32,000 nt of DNA from Allobaculum fili (GCF_020969955.1 NZ_JAHDSX010000008.1:1-32000); one strand, 5' to 3'; counted from the stretch's first letter, positions 1 through 8,162 are shown. Notes: generated from the sequence alone by a model not told the origin. A program made the numbers and translations.

Positions 1-82
1 TTTCATTGTTTGCGCCTGTCGGTGTGGTTGTCGTACTAGTTCCATCACCTTCCGCAAAGCGCTGAAGTTTAAATTCGTTCAT
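1..82 (-). CDS. 5' end of probable major capsid protein gene (truncated by window edge)
   Basis: ATG at 82-80 is preceded by AGGAGG (aataggaggaacc). The first 27 codons read MNEFKLQRFAEGDGTSTTTTPTGANNE. It lies immediately downstream of the scaffold gene and shares the LQRFA N-terminal motif with it. Confidence 0.5.
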   Translation of the reverse strand, partial: MNEFKLQRFAEGDGTSTTTTPTGANNE

Positions 83-90
83 GGTTCCTC

Positions 91-660
91 CTATTTCCAT
101 TTGTCCAGTTTCTTCTGGAACGGACTGACAGGCTCGTGATTGATGGATGTTCCAAAAGGCGTAGAACCGGTTGCTCTTGCCTTTTCGCCTGCCTGTCTTT
201 CTGCCTGAAGCAGTGCCGCCATCTTCTGAATGTTGGCGTTCGTGTCTTCGGCATCCTTGCCTACAACGAAATCGAGTACATCGTTGGACACAGTCAGCTT
301 GTAGTCTTTCGAAAAGATCTCTGCAGCGCTCTTTCTCAGTTCCGCCTGCTTCTGTGCCTGTTCCAGTTTGGCCACCTGCTCTTTGAGGCTCTGCGCCTCT
401 TTCTGAGCCTGCTCCAGTTCATAGGCGCGTTTCTGGTCCGCGTTCATCTTCGCCAGCTTCTCGCCTTCCTTACGGGCATCATCAACGGCTTTATCCCGAT
501 CAGCCGCCCACTTAGCGAATTTTGCGCTGATGATCTTGTCCAGATCAGCGTCTGTATACTTGGCAGCTTCGCCTTTTGGCCCTTCTGCCGGTTTGCCCTG
601 CTCATTTGCCGGGGCGTTGTCTGCTTCGTCAGCAAAACGCTGAAGATTCAGTTTTTCCAT
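91..660 (-). CDS. Phage head scaffolding protein
   Basis: 189 aa, Ala/Lys/Glu/Gln-rich and coiled-coil-like. The N-terminus MEKLNLQRFADEA is typical of Firmicutes phage scaffold proteins. RBS GGGAGGA upstream. Positioned between the protease and the capsid gene. Confidence 0.75.
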   Translation of the reverse strand: MEKLNLQRFADEADNAPANEQGKPAEGPKGEAAKYTDADLDKIISAKFAKWAADRDKAVDDARKEGEKLAKMNADQKRAYELEQAQKEAQSLKEQVAKLEQAQKQAELRKSAAEIFSKDYKLTVSNDVLDFVVGKDAEDTNANIQKMAALLQAERQAGEKARATGSTPFGTSINHEPVSPFQKKLDKWK

Positions 661-747
661 GATGTTCCTCCCGGTTTAACGTCATGTCGGACGATTCTTC
701 CAGAGCTTTTAATGCCGTCCCTGCCTGGGCATAGAAAAAGCGGACCG

Positions 748-1065
748 TTAAGCCCGCCCAATCTTCAGTTGAACATATTGGGGATAGGCCTGTTCAAGAG
801 CCTCAATACCTGTGAGAAAGAAGTTCAGATAATCCCTTGCTTCCTCCTCTTCCCTCCCTCTGATGATCGGATCAGGGGTGATCTTAATTACAGATACTTT
901 TTCATTCTCTGTAATGGCTTTGACTACACACTTCGGCAGAGCTCTTTTGAGCGTTTCATACAGGGTAGAAACCGCGGCGCATACGATATCCGATCCGGCT
1001 GGTGCATAGCCCGCATGACCTTCAATCGAGATGTAGGAGCGCAGATCTGTTTTAACAGTGATCAT
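748..1065 (-). CDS. prp: Prp-family (DUF464/YsxB-like) cysteine protease, phage-encoded
   Basis: Start chosen at internal ATG 1065 (MITVKTDL...), giving 105 aa. The signature IEGHAGYAPAGSDIVCAAVS carries the His/Cys dyad of the ribosomal-processing protease Prp family. Its start overlaps the stop of the upstream small ORF. Confidence 0.75.
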   Translation of the reverse strand: MITVKTDLRSYISIEGHAGYAPAGSDIVCAAVSTLYETLKRALPKCVVKAITENEKVSVIKITPDPIIRGREEEEARDYLNFFLTGIEALEQAYPQYVQLKIGRA

Positions 1066-1222
1066 TGTTAGAGCTCTCTTTGGCAGCCTGGCGGAGCACT
1101 TCAGCGTGGATACAGTCAATTCTGATCCGTTCTTCAGCTTCCTCGGTCAATCCGCAGGCAAATTCAAAGAGAAGGAATGCGTAGATCAGAACGATCAGTA
1201 GGAAGAGCAAGAATTCAGTCAT
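1052..1222 (-). CDS. Small membrane protein (56 aa), hypothetical
   Basis: Hand-translated because it is below the ORF-track cutoff: MTEFLLFLLIVLIYAFLLFEFACGLTEEAEERIRIDCIHAEVLRQAAKESSNNDHC. It has one N-terminal TM helix. It overlaps the upstream ORF by 8 nt and the Prp start by 14 nt, suggesting translational coupling. Confidence 0.4.
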   Translation of the reverse strand: MTEFLLFLLIVLIYAFLLFEFACGLTEEAEERIRIDCIHAEVLRQAAKESSNNDHC

Positions 1223-1367
1223 TGCATTCCTCCCACAGCATTTTGAAAAACTGCCATATCCAACGCAATGCGATCACCACACCTCCAATGAGAAAAGCAG
1301 CTGCAAGCAGCGCCAACGATCCGCCAAGCAAGCAGATGACGATTCGGTTCAATACTTCTTCTGTCAT
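1215..1367 (-). CDS. Small membrane protein (50 aa), hypothetical
   Basis: Internal ATG at 1367 lies 2 nt after the stop of the upstream ORF. Sequence MTEEVLNRIVICLLGGSLALLAAAFLIGGVVIALRWIWQFFKMLWEECND is a hydrophobic hairpin or long TM. It contains an RWIWQ motif. Confidence 0.45.
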   Translation of the reverse strand: MTEEVLNRIVICLLGGSLALLAAAFLIGGVVIALRWIWQFFKMLWEECND

Positions 1368-1369
1368 TT

Positions 1370-1555
1370 TTACTCCATGACCTTGCGGATCGCCAGGATC
1401 GCCGCAAAGATCACAACGATTGCTAGCGGGATCCAAATAGGTGCCAGCACCCACCACCATGACCAGGTAATATATCCGGTCAGTTTAAGCACAACAAAAG
1501 CGATGGTAAGCAGCCCGCAAAAGCCGATCCCACCGCTCTGTTTGTTATCGTTCAT
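1370..1555 (-). CDS. Small Trp-rich two-TM membrane protein (61 aa), hypothetical
   Basis: Sequence MNDNKQSGGIGFCGLLTIAFVVLKLTGYITWSWWWVLAPIWIPLAIVVIFAAILAIRKVME. Its ATG overlaps the methyltransferase TGA (ATGA overlap at 1552-1555). Confidence 0.55.
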   Translation of the reverse strand: MNDNKQSGGIGFCGLLTIAFVVLKLTGYITWSWWWVLAPIWIPLAIVVIFAAILAIRKVME

Positions 1556-2952
1556 TTTTTTCTCCTTTCGGGAATCTCGATTTCGCCGCTCATCAGTTTA
1601 GGCAGCAGATAGTCTCTCATCTGTGCCAGCATTTCATTCTCTAAGTTGTTGAGCAGCACGACTCTGTTTACCCACATCTGCATAAACTGGGTAAAAATTT
1701 CGGGAAGAACTTCCTTGCTTTTGAATCGGATGGTAAGTTCTCGGCTTCTGGTAAATGTTAAATAGTCTTCCGATTCCAACTTGATCCCAGACAACTTCTG
1801 AATCATGTTCGCTACTTCATCGCTGTTTTTTTTCTGCTGTTCCCATAAATCCTTCTCAAAACCTAGTTCTTTAGCCAGCGTTTCGTTGATGGTCAGTTTG
1901 CAGGCGTTTTTCTGTCTGACAATAGAGTTATAGCGTTCTGCAATCCATTCCAGTTTGGTCTGCTCCTGTTCGTCTGGATCTGTATTCAGATAAAGACCGG
2001 GCGAAAGACGGCAATCATTCTTTATCAGTAAATCAGCGCTCCGAAAAGTCGAAAAATCAGTATCCAGACGGTAATTGACAGCCTTCGTGATGTTTTCGAT
2101 TGCTTGATCATTCAGAACGTTCAGTTCTTTGCGATAGATCCGCCCGGTATGCGATGTTCCTCCGTACTGTCCTCTCTGCTCACGAACTTCTTTTGAAGCC
2201 AGCCTTGAGGCATCAATCAGCATCACGTGATCAGCGGGTTCATGAGAGAGAACCAGAACACAGACAGGAATTGATGTAGAAAGAAACATTTTTTCAGGGC
2301 ATTTGATGACAGCCTTCAGGCGCCCGGATTGAAGAAGCGAACGAACAACGCTTTTATCCTTCGTCTCGTTGAGAATTCCCGCCGGGAGAATCACTGCGGC
2401 TCTTCTTGCCGTTCGATCGAGCGCAGACAATACAAATGACCAGTTACCCGTATTTGCGGGCGGCCAAAGGCTTGCGGGCTGGATGTTAAAAGGCGGATTC
2501 GAGATAGCCCCGTCCGCCTTTGTCTGATCTGTCAGAAAGGTCAGTGCGTCAGCCTGGACAACTTCAGCATCCAGTCCATGAACCGCATAGTTGAATCGAA
2601 GGCAGGCCGCTGCTTTTGGATCCAGCTCGATTGCTTTGATCTTTGTGTCTGGATCAGCATAGAGAGAAAGAGATCCGGTTCCTGCGCACAGATCAACAAG
2701 CGTCCTGCATGGTCCGACAAGATGTAGCAGAAGCTTTGAAAGCGAAGGCGGCGTATAGTCCTGTTTCAGCCCTTCCCGATCCGCCAGATAGTACTGATAG
2801 AATTCACGGATCCAATCCCGATCTGTTCCGAACTCTTCCTGGTACCTTTCGATCAGATCCGAACTGCTGCGATTCAGAATCTCTGGTACTTCTTCGACTT
2901 TATCGGTTTCCAGCATACGCAGGAATCTGTCTTTGAATTCCAGAAGTTCCAT
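1552..2952 (-). CDS. N6-adenine DNA methyltransferase fused to a target-recognition/HsdS-like C-terminal region
   Basis: 466 aa. Motif I is VDLCAGTGSL. Motif IV NPPF is encoded at 2488-2499, and the order I then IV indicates a gamma-class enzyme. A DYTPP motif lies upstream. The C-terminal LAQMRDYLLPKLMSGEIEI (1573-1629) resembles the conserved helical end of type I specificity subunits. Strong RBS AAGGAGGG. Confidence 0.8.
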   Translation of the reverse strand: MELLEFKDRFLRMLETDKVEEVPEILNRSSSDLIERYQEEFGTDRDWIREFYQYYLADREGLKQDYTPPSLSKLLLHLVGPCRTLVDLCAGTGSLSLYADPDTKIKAIELDPKAAACLRFNYAVHGLDAEVVQADALTFLTDQTKADGAISNPPFNIQPASLWPPANTGNWSFVLSALDRTARRAAVILPAGILNETKDKSVVRSLLQSGRLKAVIKCPEKMFLSTSIPVCVLVLSHEPADHVMLIDASRLASKEVREQRGQYGGTSHTGRIYRKELNVLNDQAIENITKAVNYRLDTDFSTFRSADLLIKNDCRLSPGLYLNTDPDEQEQTKLEWIAERYNSIVRQKNACKLTINETLAKELGFEKDLWEQQKKNSDEVANMIQKLSGIKLESEDYLTFTRSRELTIRFKSKEVLPEIFTQFMQMWVNRVVLLNNLENEMLAQMRDYLLPKLMSGEIEIPERRKK

Positions 2953-2970
2953 CTGTTACCCTCCTTTCGA

Positions 2971-2999
2971 GCAAAAGAAAAGAGCCGGTTAGCGGCTCT
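2971..2999 (-). terminator. Rho-independent terminator-like hairpin inside the head operon
   Basis: A 7-bp stem agagccg/cggctct (2981-2987 / 2993-2999) with a 5-nt loop. On the minus strand it is followed by tttcttttg. It lies between the 74-aa ORF and the methyltransferase cassette. Confidence 0.45.
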
Positions 3000-3222
3000 A
3001 ATATGCAACTCCATTCATAAATTCAGTGTAGTAAACGTTCTGGCCAATTTCTCGAAGTTCATCCAATAACTCTTCATATCCATTTGGTGCATTAGACTTT
3101 AAATGATTTGGACGAGAATAGTCGAACCAGGGCTTCAGCAATTCGTAGAGCTCATCTTCTTTCGCCTTAGCAACCACGTATTCATCTTTTTCAAGTAATT
3201 TTCTTTCTTCGAATTTGCTCAT
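2998..3222 (-). CDS. Small acidic hypothetical protein (74 aa); candidate partner/immunity protein of the MuF C-terminal domain
   Basis: Start moved to ATG 3222 (MSKFEERKLL...), preceded by GGAGG with 5-nt spacing. It overlaps the 3' end of the MuF gene by 32 nt. No recognisable motif. Confidence 0.45.
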   Translation of the reverse strand: MSKFEERKLLEKDEYVVAKAKEDELYELLKPWFDYSRPNHLKSNAPNGYEELLDELREIGQNVYYTEFMNGVAY

Positions 3223-4927
3223 ATCGTCCTCCACTAAGTAAAAAGGTCCTCAATTCAGTATATACTTCATCATACTTTCCCAAACCAAGTGTTTTTGCAG
3301 AATAAGCACTAATATTTTCTAAATCGTACTTTGGGAGATATTTTAAGACCTTTTCTTCAGCATATCGATGCCGATAGGAAAAATATTCGTTTCTGGTTTC
3401 TTGAGTAATCTCACAGATCTTCTCCCGATATTCTTTAGCATCTTTCCAGTGAAACAGCTCGTGAATCATCGTCACGTCCAGGTTATGCGGCATTAAGGAT
3501 TTGTCATTAGGATCAAGCTCAAAGGCAGTTTTATTCGTCAGATAATAACCTAGTTTTAAAACGTCCTGTACCGGATCGTAAGCCGCCAATGCTCCTGTAC
3601 TAAGTGTTGTATCGTTGACAATGATTATTTTTGTGTTCCCCAAATCGCTTAGGCCGTGAGCCTTCATGGCCGTCTGAACCGCTTTATTGACCTCATGTAC
3701 CTGTCGCGATTTAACATGAACGCCTTCTTCTACATACCAGTTTTTTCGTTCTTCAATTGGATAGGCTTTTCGCTCTTCTCGAAAATTCGTTGTAAACGTT
3801 TCAGGCTGTTCTGCATTTAAACTAACAGTCTTATATTCCTGCTCCTCCTGATGCGCTTTGAATTCAATTTCATGGTTCTGCGCTTCCCACTCTTCCCACG
3901 TCAGTGCGTCCTCGTCGTCCTCATGCTCTTCCATATAGTCGCACCATTCATCGAACGCAGCCTCATCAAAGTCCTTATCGCCGTCTTCGTCTCTGGCTTC
4001 ATACGGGGCAATGGAGCAGCGGCAGTTTGGATGCATTGGCGGAGCGTTCTCGCCGGATGCCAGTCGTGGCAGCGGGAAGTGCTCCCCGTTGATTGCCTGG
4101 CATTCTTTGCAGCAGTCTGGATTGGCAATGATTTGGAACTCATCAAATCCACAGGCCTTAAACGAATCCAGGGATGCCTGAACTCTCACCCGGCTCAGCT
4201 CCGTCGAAATGAGCCTCTGGCACTCTCGGGTTGTTTTCCCCGTTGCCTTTTTTAGCTCTCTGGTGAACGGTGCCGCACCCTTTCCCAGAATCAAACAGTC
4301 CTGAAGCGCTTTGTTCAGGACTTTTTTTAGTTTCGCCTGCTGGGTGCCCCAGATCCGATCGGAGAAGGTCGCTCCATGGAAGGACGCGTGAGCGATGGTG
4401 CTTACGTGCTTCAGGTTGGTAAGTACCGTATCGCCCAGAATGCCGGCCTGTCTTGTGTAGGTCTGCAGGATGCGGTCATTGAGAGCGTCCTCAACGACGC
4501 TGCAGGCTTTGCGCTGGGCGTTGGCAATCCGCAGGCTGATCTGGCGCTTGAGCATATCCAGACGGGCAATCTTCATGGCGGTGTTGTAGCGCTTCATGTC
4601 CTGATCGGCTTGCTGGGTGAAGTAGCTTTTGGCTGCGTCATGCGCCCACGTTCCCGCCGCCATGTCTTTTGCTGCATCTTCACAGTAGCGTTTGGCCAGA
4701 CGGAAATAGTAGCGGATATCGGTCCGATCCAGATACTGCTTCGCCAGGGCATAGGTCAGGCCGTTTTCATCAGCGTACTTCTGATAGAACACCGCAATCT
4801 GTTCGCTGATTTCATCGTTCATCGTCTGATAGATGTCCTGCAGCTTCTGGTGCCACTGCACATTGTTTGCCTGGCACTCCTTCGTCCAGTCGTCTTCCCG
4901 CTCCTGCCAGTACTTACTGGAGGCCAT
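3191..4927 (-). CDS. Minor head protein, MuF/SPP1 gp7 family, with C-terminal HExxH (zincin-like) domain
   Basis: 578 aa. The MuF core ends with NPDCCKECQAINGEHFPLPRLASGENAPPMHPNCRCSIAPY. An acidic linker follows (aa 311-350), then an extra domain of about 210 aa containing MIHELFHWKD, with HELFH encoded at 3449-3463. It lies directly after the portal gene. Confidence 0.85.
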   Translation of the reverse strand: MASSKYWQEREDDWTKECQANNVQWHQKLQDIYQTMNDEISEQIAVFYQKYADENGLTYALAKQYLDRTDIRYYFRLAKRYCEDAAKDMAAGTWAHDAAKSYFTQQADQDMKRYNTAMKIARLDMLKRQISLRIANAQRKACSVVEDALNDRILQTYTRQAGILGDTVLTNLKHVSTIAHASFHGATFSDRIWGTQQAKLKKVLNKALQDCLILGKGAAPFTRELKKATGKTTRECQRLISTELSRVRVQASLDSFKACGFDEFQIIANPDCCKECQAINGEHFPLPRLASGENAPPMHPNCRCSIAPYEARDEDGDKDFDEAAFDEWCDYMEEHEDDEDALTWEEWEAQNHEIEFKAHQEEQEYKTVSLNAEQPETFTTNFREERKAYPIEERKNWYVEEGVHVKSRQVHEVNKAVQTAMKAHGLSDLGNTKIIIVNDTTLSTGALAAYDPVQDVLKLGYYLTNKTAFELDPNDKSLMPHNLDVTMIHELFHWKDAKEYREKICEITQETRNEYFSYRHRYAEEKVLKYLPKYDLENISAYSAKTLGLGKYDEVYTELRTFLLSGGRYEQIRRKKIT

Positions 4928-6302
4928 AACCGCCCTCCGTCTCTTCCAGGCTGTCTTCCTCTTCCGGGGTCACAGACGGGTGAGAATCGAAGTCCATGAG
5001 CGGCTGAGGCTCCTGTTCCTGTTCGATTTTCTCAAGCTCTGCCTTCGGATCCGACACGATCGAGAGTAATGAGAGCTGTGTTTCATGGGAGACGATGCCG
5101 GACAGCTGTGCAGCTGTCTGTGCCTCTTCCAGGCGATTCTTGGGAAGGTTGCGGCTTGTTGTTACCTGCAGTTCCTTCCATGTGTTCTCATCGCTGACGT
5201 TGGTCTTGAGAGTCGCCCAGATCTTGTAGCGCTTGCGCAGGCTCTTCTCAATCTTGCGATCAAAGCCGGATGCCAGATTGCTCATCGCCTGCAGTTTGTA
5301 AGCCAGGGCGGTTCCGCTTGAGGCATTGCCAAAGCTTTCATCGCTGATGTTGGCCACCATCGAGATCTGGTAGATCTGCCGATCCAGACGGTCCAGCAGA
5401 TTTTCCTGCGTGGAGTCAGCTGTCGGCTTGGCCATGAAATCAACCTGCGTGCCCGTCGTATCGCCATAGATTGGCAGGTTGATGATCCGGTTCTCACGGA
5501 TCCGTTTCACTTCTTCATCGTCGATATCCACGCCGATCAGCTTCATGTAAGCTTCGGCGAAGGCGTCAACGTCATTGGCTTTTTCACCGATTGCTCGGTT
5601 ATAGGCTTCGATCAGGCCGGTGACGTTCTCATACAGACCAAGGCGCTGACGGTTCATCAGATACTCGACAACCGGAATCAGTCCGTATGGATTGTCAAGC
5701 GTTTCAATGAACTTTCCTTTGTCGAAGCGAATGATCTGATCTCTGGTCAGCACTTCGCCAAACAGTTCGCCCTGGCTGCCTTCAATCTCATGAACGGCAT
5801 AGCGAACCGCAAACAAGGCTCTGTTCCGGACTGTATCGTCGTAAACGATAAAAAGCTCCTTCGGCGTGCAGACTGTCATTCTGGTCTTTGCTTCCTCGTC
5901 CTGGTAGAGGTACTCGAAAGCATGGCCATAAATGCAGACATCCTGAAAGAGCTCGTATTCATGATCAGACAGTTCATTTTCGTTCTGAAATTCGCGCATG
6001 GCTTCGGCTACCGTATCATCTGGATGGCTTTCCTTGATTGGAATGCCGTAGGCGTATCCCAGAAACGTTTCTGTGATGTAGCGCGGGTAATTGATCGCCA
6101 GCCGGTTATCGGGCTTCCAGTCCGGCTTATCTGGCTGCTGATAAATGCTGTGGAAGCCTTTGTACATTTCTTCAAGGTACTTGTAGCGCTGCATCCGGCT
6201 GGCATGCTTGTCGATGAACCGCTTGACCAGCGCATAGTCAAGGTTCACATCTGTCTCGCAAATCAGAGGTTCCGGAAGCTGATATGGTCTTTTGGTACTC
6301 AT
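4914..6302 (-). CDS. Portal protein (SPP1 gp6-like)
   Basis: 462 aa, located between TerL and the MuF protein, with the size and acidic C-terminal tail typical of siphovirus portals. Its ATG directly follows the TerL stop. Confidence 0.8.
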   Translation of the reverse strand: MSTKRPYQLPEPLICETDVNLDYALVKRFIDKHASRMQRYKYLEEMYKGFHSIYQQPDKPDWKPDNRLAINYPRYITETFLGYAYGIPIKESHPDDTVAEAMREFQNENELSDHEYELFQDVCIYGHAFEYLYQDEEAKTRMTVCTPKELFIVYDDTVRNRALFAVRYAVHEIEGSQGELFGEVLTRDQIIRFDKGKFIETLDNPYGLIPVVEYLMNRQRLGLYENVTGLIEAYNRAIGEKANDVDAFAEAYMKLIGVDIDDEEVKRIRENRIINLPIYGDTTGTQVDFMAKPTADSTQENLLDRLDRQIYQISMVANISDESFGNASSGTALAYKLQAMSNLASGFDRKIEKSLRKRYKIWATLKTNVSDENTWKELQVTTSRNLPKNRLEEAQTAAQLSGIVSHETQLSLLSIVSDPKAELEKIEQEQEPQPLMDFDSHPSVTPEEEDSLEETEGGYGLQ

Positions 6303-7571
6303 TTAGAATCCTCCTTTGATCGAACGAACCTTCACAGATCCGCGCTGGATGGGCTCCATCGCATAGCGCATGGCGTCCATCAAATGGTTGAAATCATCGA
6401 TTGGCTTGTTGATCGAATTGCCAAACTTGTCTTTGTCCCACTGGTAGTTCTGAATCTCCGTGATGAAGTTCACGCAGCGCGGCTTGATGATGATCTCGTA
6501 GTCCTGGATAAACTGAACGCCGGCTCGTATGGAGTCGGCGCCTTTTTTCGATCCGTTGATTTTCAAGCCCAGACGGGCAAGCTCATAGATTGACTTTGGA
6601 TCTGCGCAGTCGGCGACGATCCGGTTCTTGCAATATCCCAGAGCCTCGATCCGCTCATAGATCCGGCTGTTGGTCATGCCCTTTTCGTAGATCTCATCCC
6701 ACACCCAGAGTTTTCGATTTGCCTTGTCAGCGAAGCCCACGAAAAAAGCGGTTGGATCGTTGGTAAAACCAAAGTCCAGACCGCTTACGGTGACTGCGTC
6801 TCCAATGTCGGTAATTTCAAAATCCCGAATGTGGAAGTTCTCATAAACGAGACCATCCACGATTCCCCAGTTGCCCAATCCGGCAACCTCATAGCGCCTC
6901 GGATTGCGCTTTTTCATGTCTTCAAGCAGCTGTAAATCGTCGTCATCCAGCCATTCGTTGCAAAGGTAGTTTGTGGTAAGGGCAAGGATGTTTTCGCTCT
7001 CAGGAGCGTCAAAAAATCGCTTTTTGAGCCAATGATGCTCATTCCACGGGTTGAATGTTATCGTCCATTGCTTCCAGAGTCCGTCAGGCAGTTCGCCTCG
7101 GATCGACTCATCCAGCGTGCTGAAATCTTCTTCGCTGGTCAGCTCGTAGGCTTCTTCGATCCATCCCCAGCAAAGAGATCCAACAGGCACTGTGATCGAC
7201 GTAACCTTCAGCGGATCGTCCAGGCCACGGAAAAGAATCTTCTGCCCGGTAGGCTTGTATGTGGCCTCCAGAGGCGACAGCTTGAATTCCCAGAAGCGGG
7301 AGCACTTCAGACGCTGACAGGCCCACTGCAGATCCGTAAAACAGCTGTCTTTGAGCGTTCTGTACGTCTTGCGGACAACCAGCAGGTTGGATCCCGGGTG
7401 CTTCATCAGGTTGTAGATGAACCAGAGCGCCGTCGTCTTGGACTTCTTGGACGCTCGGCTGCCTTTGACAACCCGGTAGCGACCTTTGAAATTCCAGAAC
7501 GTCTTATAGCCTTTTCCGACAATGTCCGGCAGGTAGATCTTCTCAGTCTTCAAGATCGCTTTCTCCTGCAA
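6303..7571 (-). CDS. terL: Terminase large subunit (PBSX/XtmB-like)
   Basis: 422 aa. Deviant Walker A VKGSRASKKSKT. Walker B-like segment CWGWIEEAYE. C-terminal RNaseH-like nuclease motif SGLDFGFTNDPTA. Apparent TTG start overlapping the TerS end. Confidence 0.9.
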   Translation of the reverse strand: MQEKAILKTEKIYLPDIVGKGYKTFWNFKGRYRVVKGSRASKKSKTTALWFIYNLMKHPGSNLLVVRKTYRTLKDSCFTDLQWACQRLKCSRFWEFKLSPLEATYKPTGQKILFRGLDDPLKVTSITVPVGSLCWGWIEEAYELTSEEDFSTLDESIRGELPDGLWKQWTITFNPWNEHHWLKKRFFDAPESENILALTTNYLCNEWLDDDDLQLLEDMKKRNPRRYEVAGLGNWGIVDGLVYENFHIRDFEITDIGDAVTVSGLDFGFTNDPTAFFVGFADKANRKLWVWDEIYEKGMTNSRIYERIEALGYCKNRIVADCADPKSIYELARLGLKINGSKKGADSIRAGVQFIQDYEIIIKPRCVNFITEIQNYQWDKDKFGNSINKPIDDFNHLMDAMRYAMEPIQRGSVKVRSIKGGF

Positions 7572-7962
7572 AGACAGGCGTAGCGACTTCCATTTCGACT
7601 TTGTCCTTGAACATGCCGTACGCCTTGCCGATCAGCTCAAGCGCCCGGATGCGATCCTGCGTTTTGGATTTAACCTCTTTGATGTCGCCATCCATCGTCA
7701 GCAGCTGATCCGTTGTTTCTTCGCGCCCGATCGCTGTCAGACGCTCCATGACCTCCTTGGCATCCATGGTCTTTTCGTCGTGGATCTTAGCCAGGGCAAC
7801 GTTAATGTATTCGTTGACGCTAACATTTCCTAACAGCCTTGCAGCTGCAGCACCTGCAACGTCAGTGCTCTTCACGTTCTTATAAACAGCCAGGTAGGCC
7901 TGAGTGGCGTTCAGACCGTTGGCTAAGTATTCATCGCAGAACTGTTTCTGTTTTTCAGTCAT
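7543..7962 (-). CDS. terS: Terminase small subunit (Terminase_2/P27-like)
   Basis: The N-terminus MTEKQKQFCDEYLANGLNATQAYLAVY is the hallmark HTH of this TerS family. RBS AAAGGAGG. Located immediately upstream of TerL. Confidence 0.8.
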   Translation of the reverse strand: MTEKQKQFCDEYLANGLNATQAYLAVYKNVKSTDVAGAAAARLLGNVSVNEYINVALAKIHDEKTMDAKEVMERLTAIGREETTDQLLTMDGDIKEVKSKTQDRIRALELIGKAYGMFKDKVEMEVATPVFAGESDLED

Positions 7963-8091
7963 CTCTCAGACCTCCTTTCTTCTCAAAAACGTACCCGATC
8001 CCGTCACTGCATGAAAAAATTGTTCACAGCCGCTTCGGGCCTGCGGTATCAGAGAAAGAAATCGGACGGTTCGGATACGCATTTCAGAAGA

Positions 8092-8159
8092 CGGCGGCAA
8101 GCCAGGACTTGAACCCGGATCTCCCCTCAGAGGGCTCTACGCTTGAGCTACTAGCCGCC
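8092..8159 (-). ncRNA. tRNA-like element with truncated anticodon region (possible pseudo-tRNA)
   Basis: Minus-strand read: GG-CGGCTAG-TA-GCTC-AAGCGTA-GAGC-CCTCTGAGGGGAGAT-CCGGG-TTCAAGT-CCTGG-CTTGCCG-CCG. The acceptor stem (6 WC pairs plus U.U), D arm and T arm (GGTTCAAGTCC) are canonical. Only 15 nt sit where about 22-23 nt (anticodon arm plus variable loop) are expected. No 7-nt anticodon loop and no encoded CCA. Confidence 0.4.
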
Positions 8160-8162
8160 ATA

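Noticed and set aside
136-1071. 311-aa plus-strand ORF across the scaffold/Prp region
   Set aside because: It is antisense to two well-supported phage genes. The composition is Leu/Phe/Cys/Arg-rich, as is typical of the reverse frame. It has no RBS and no recognisable motif.
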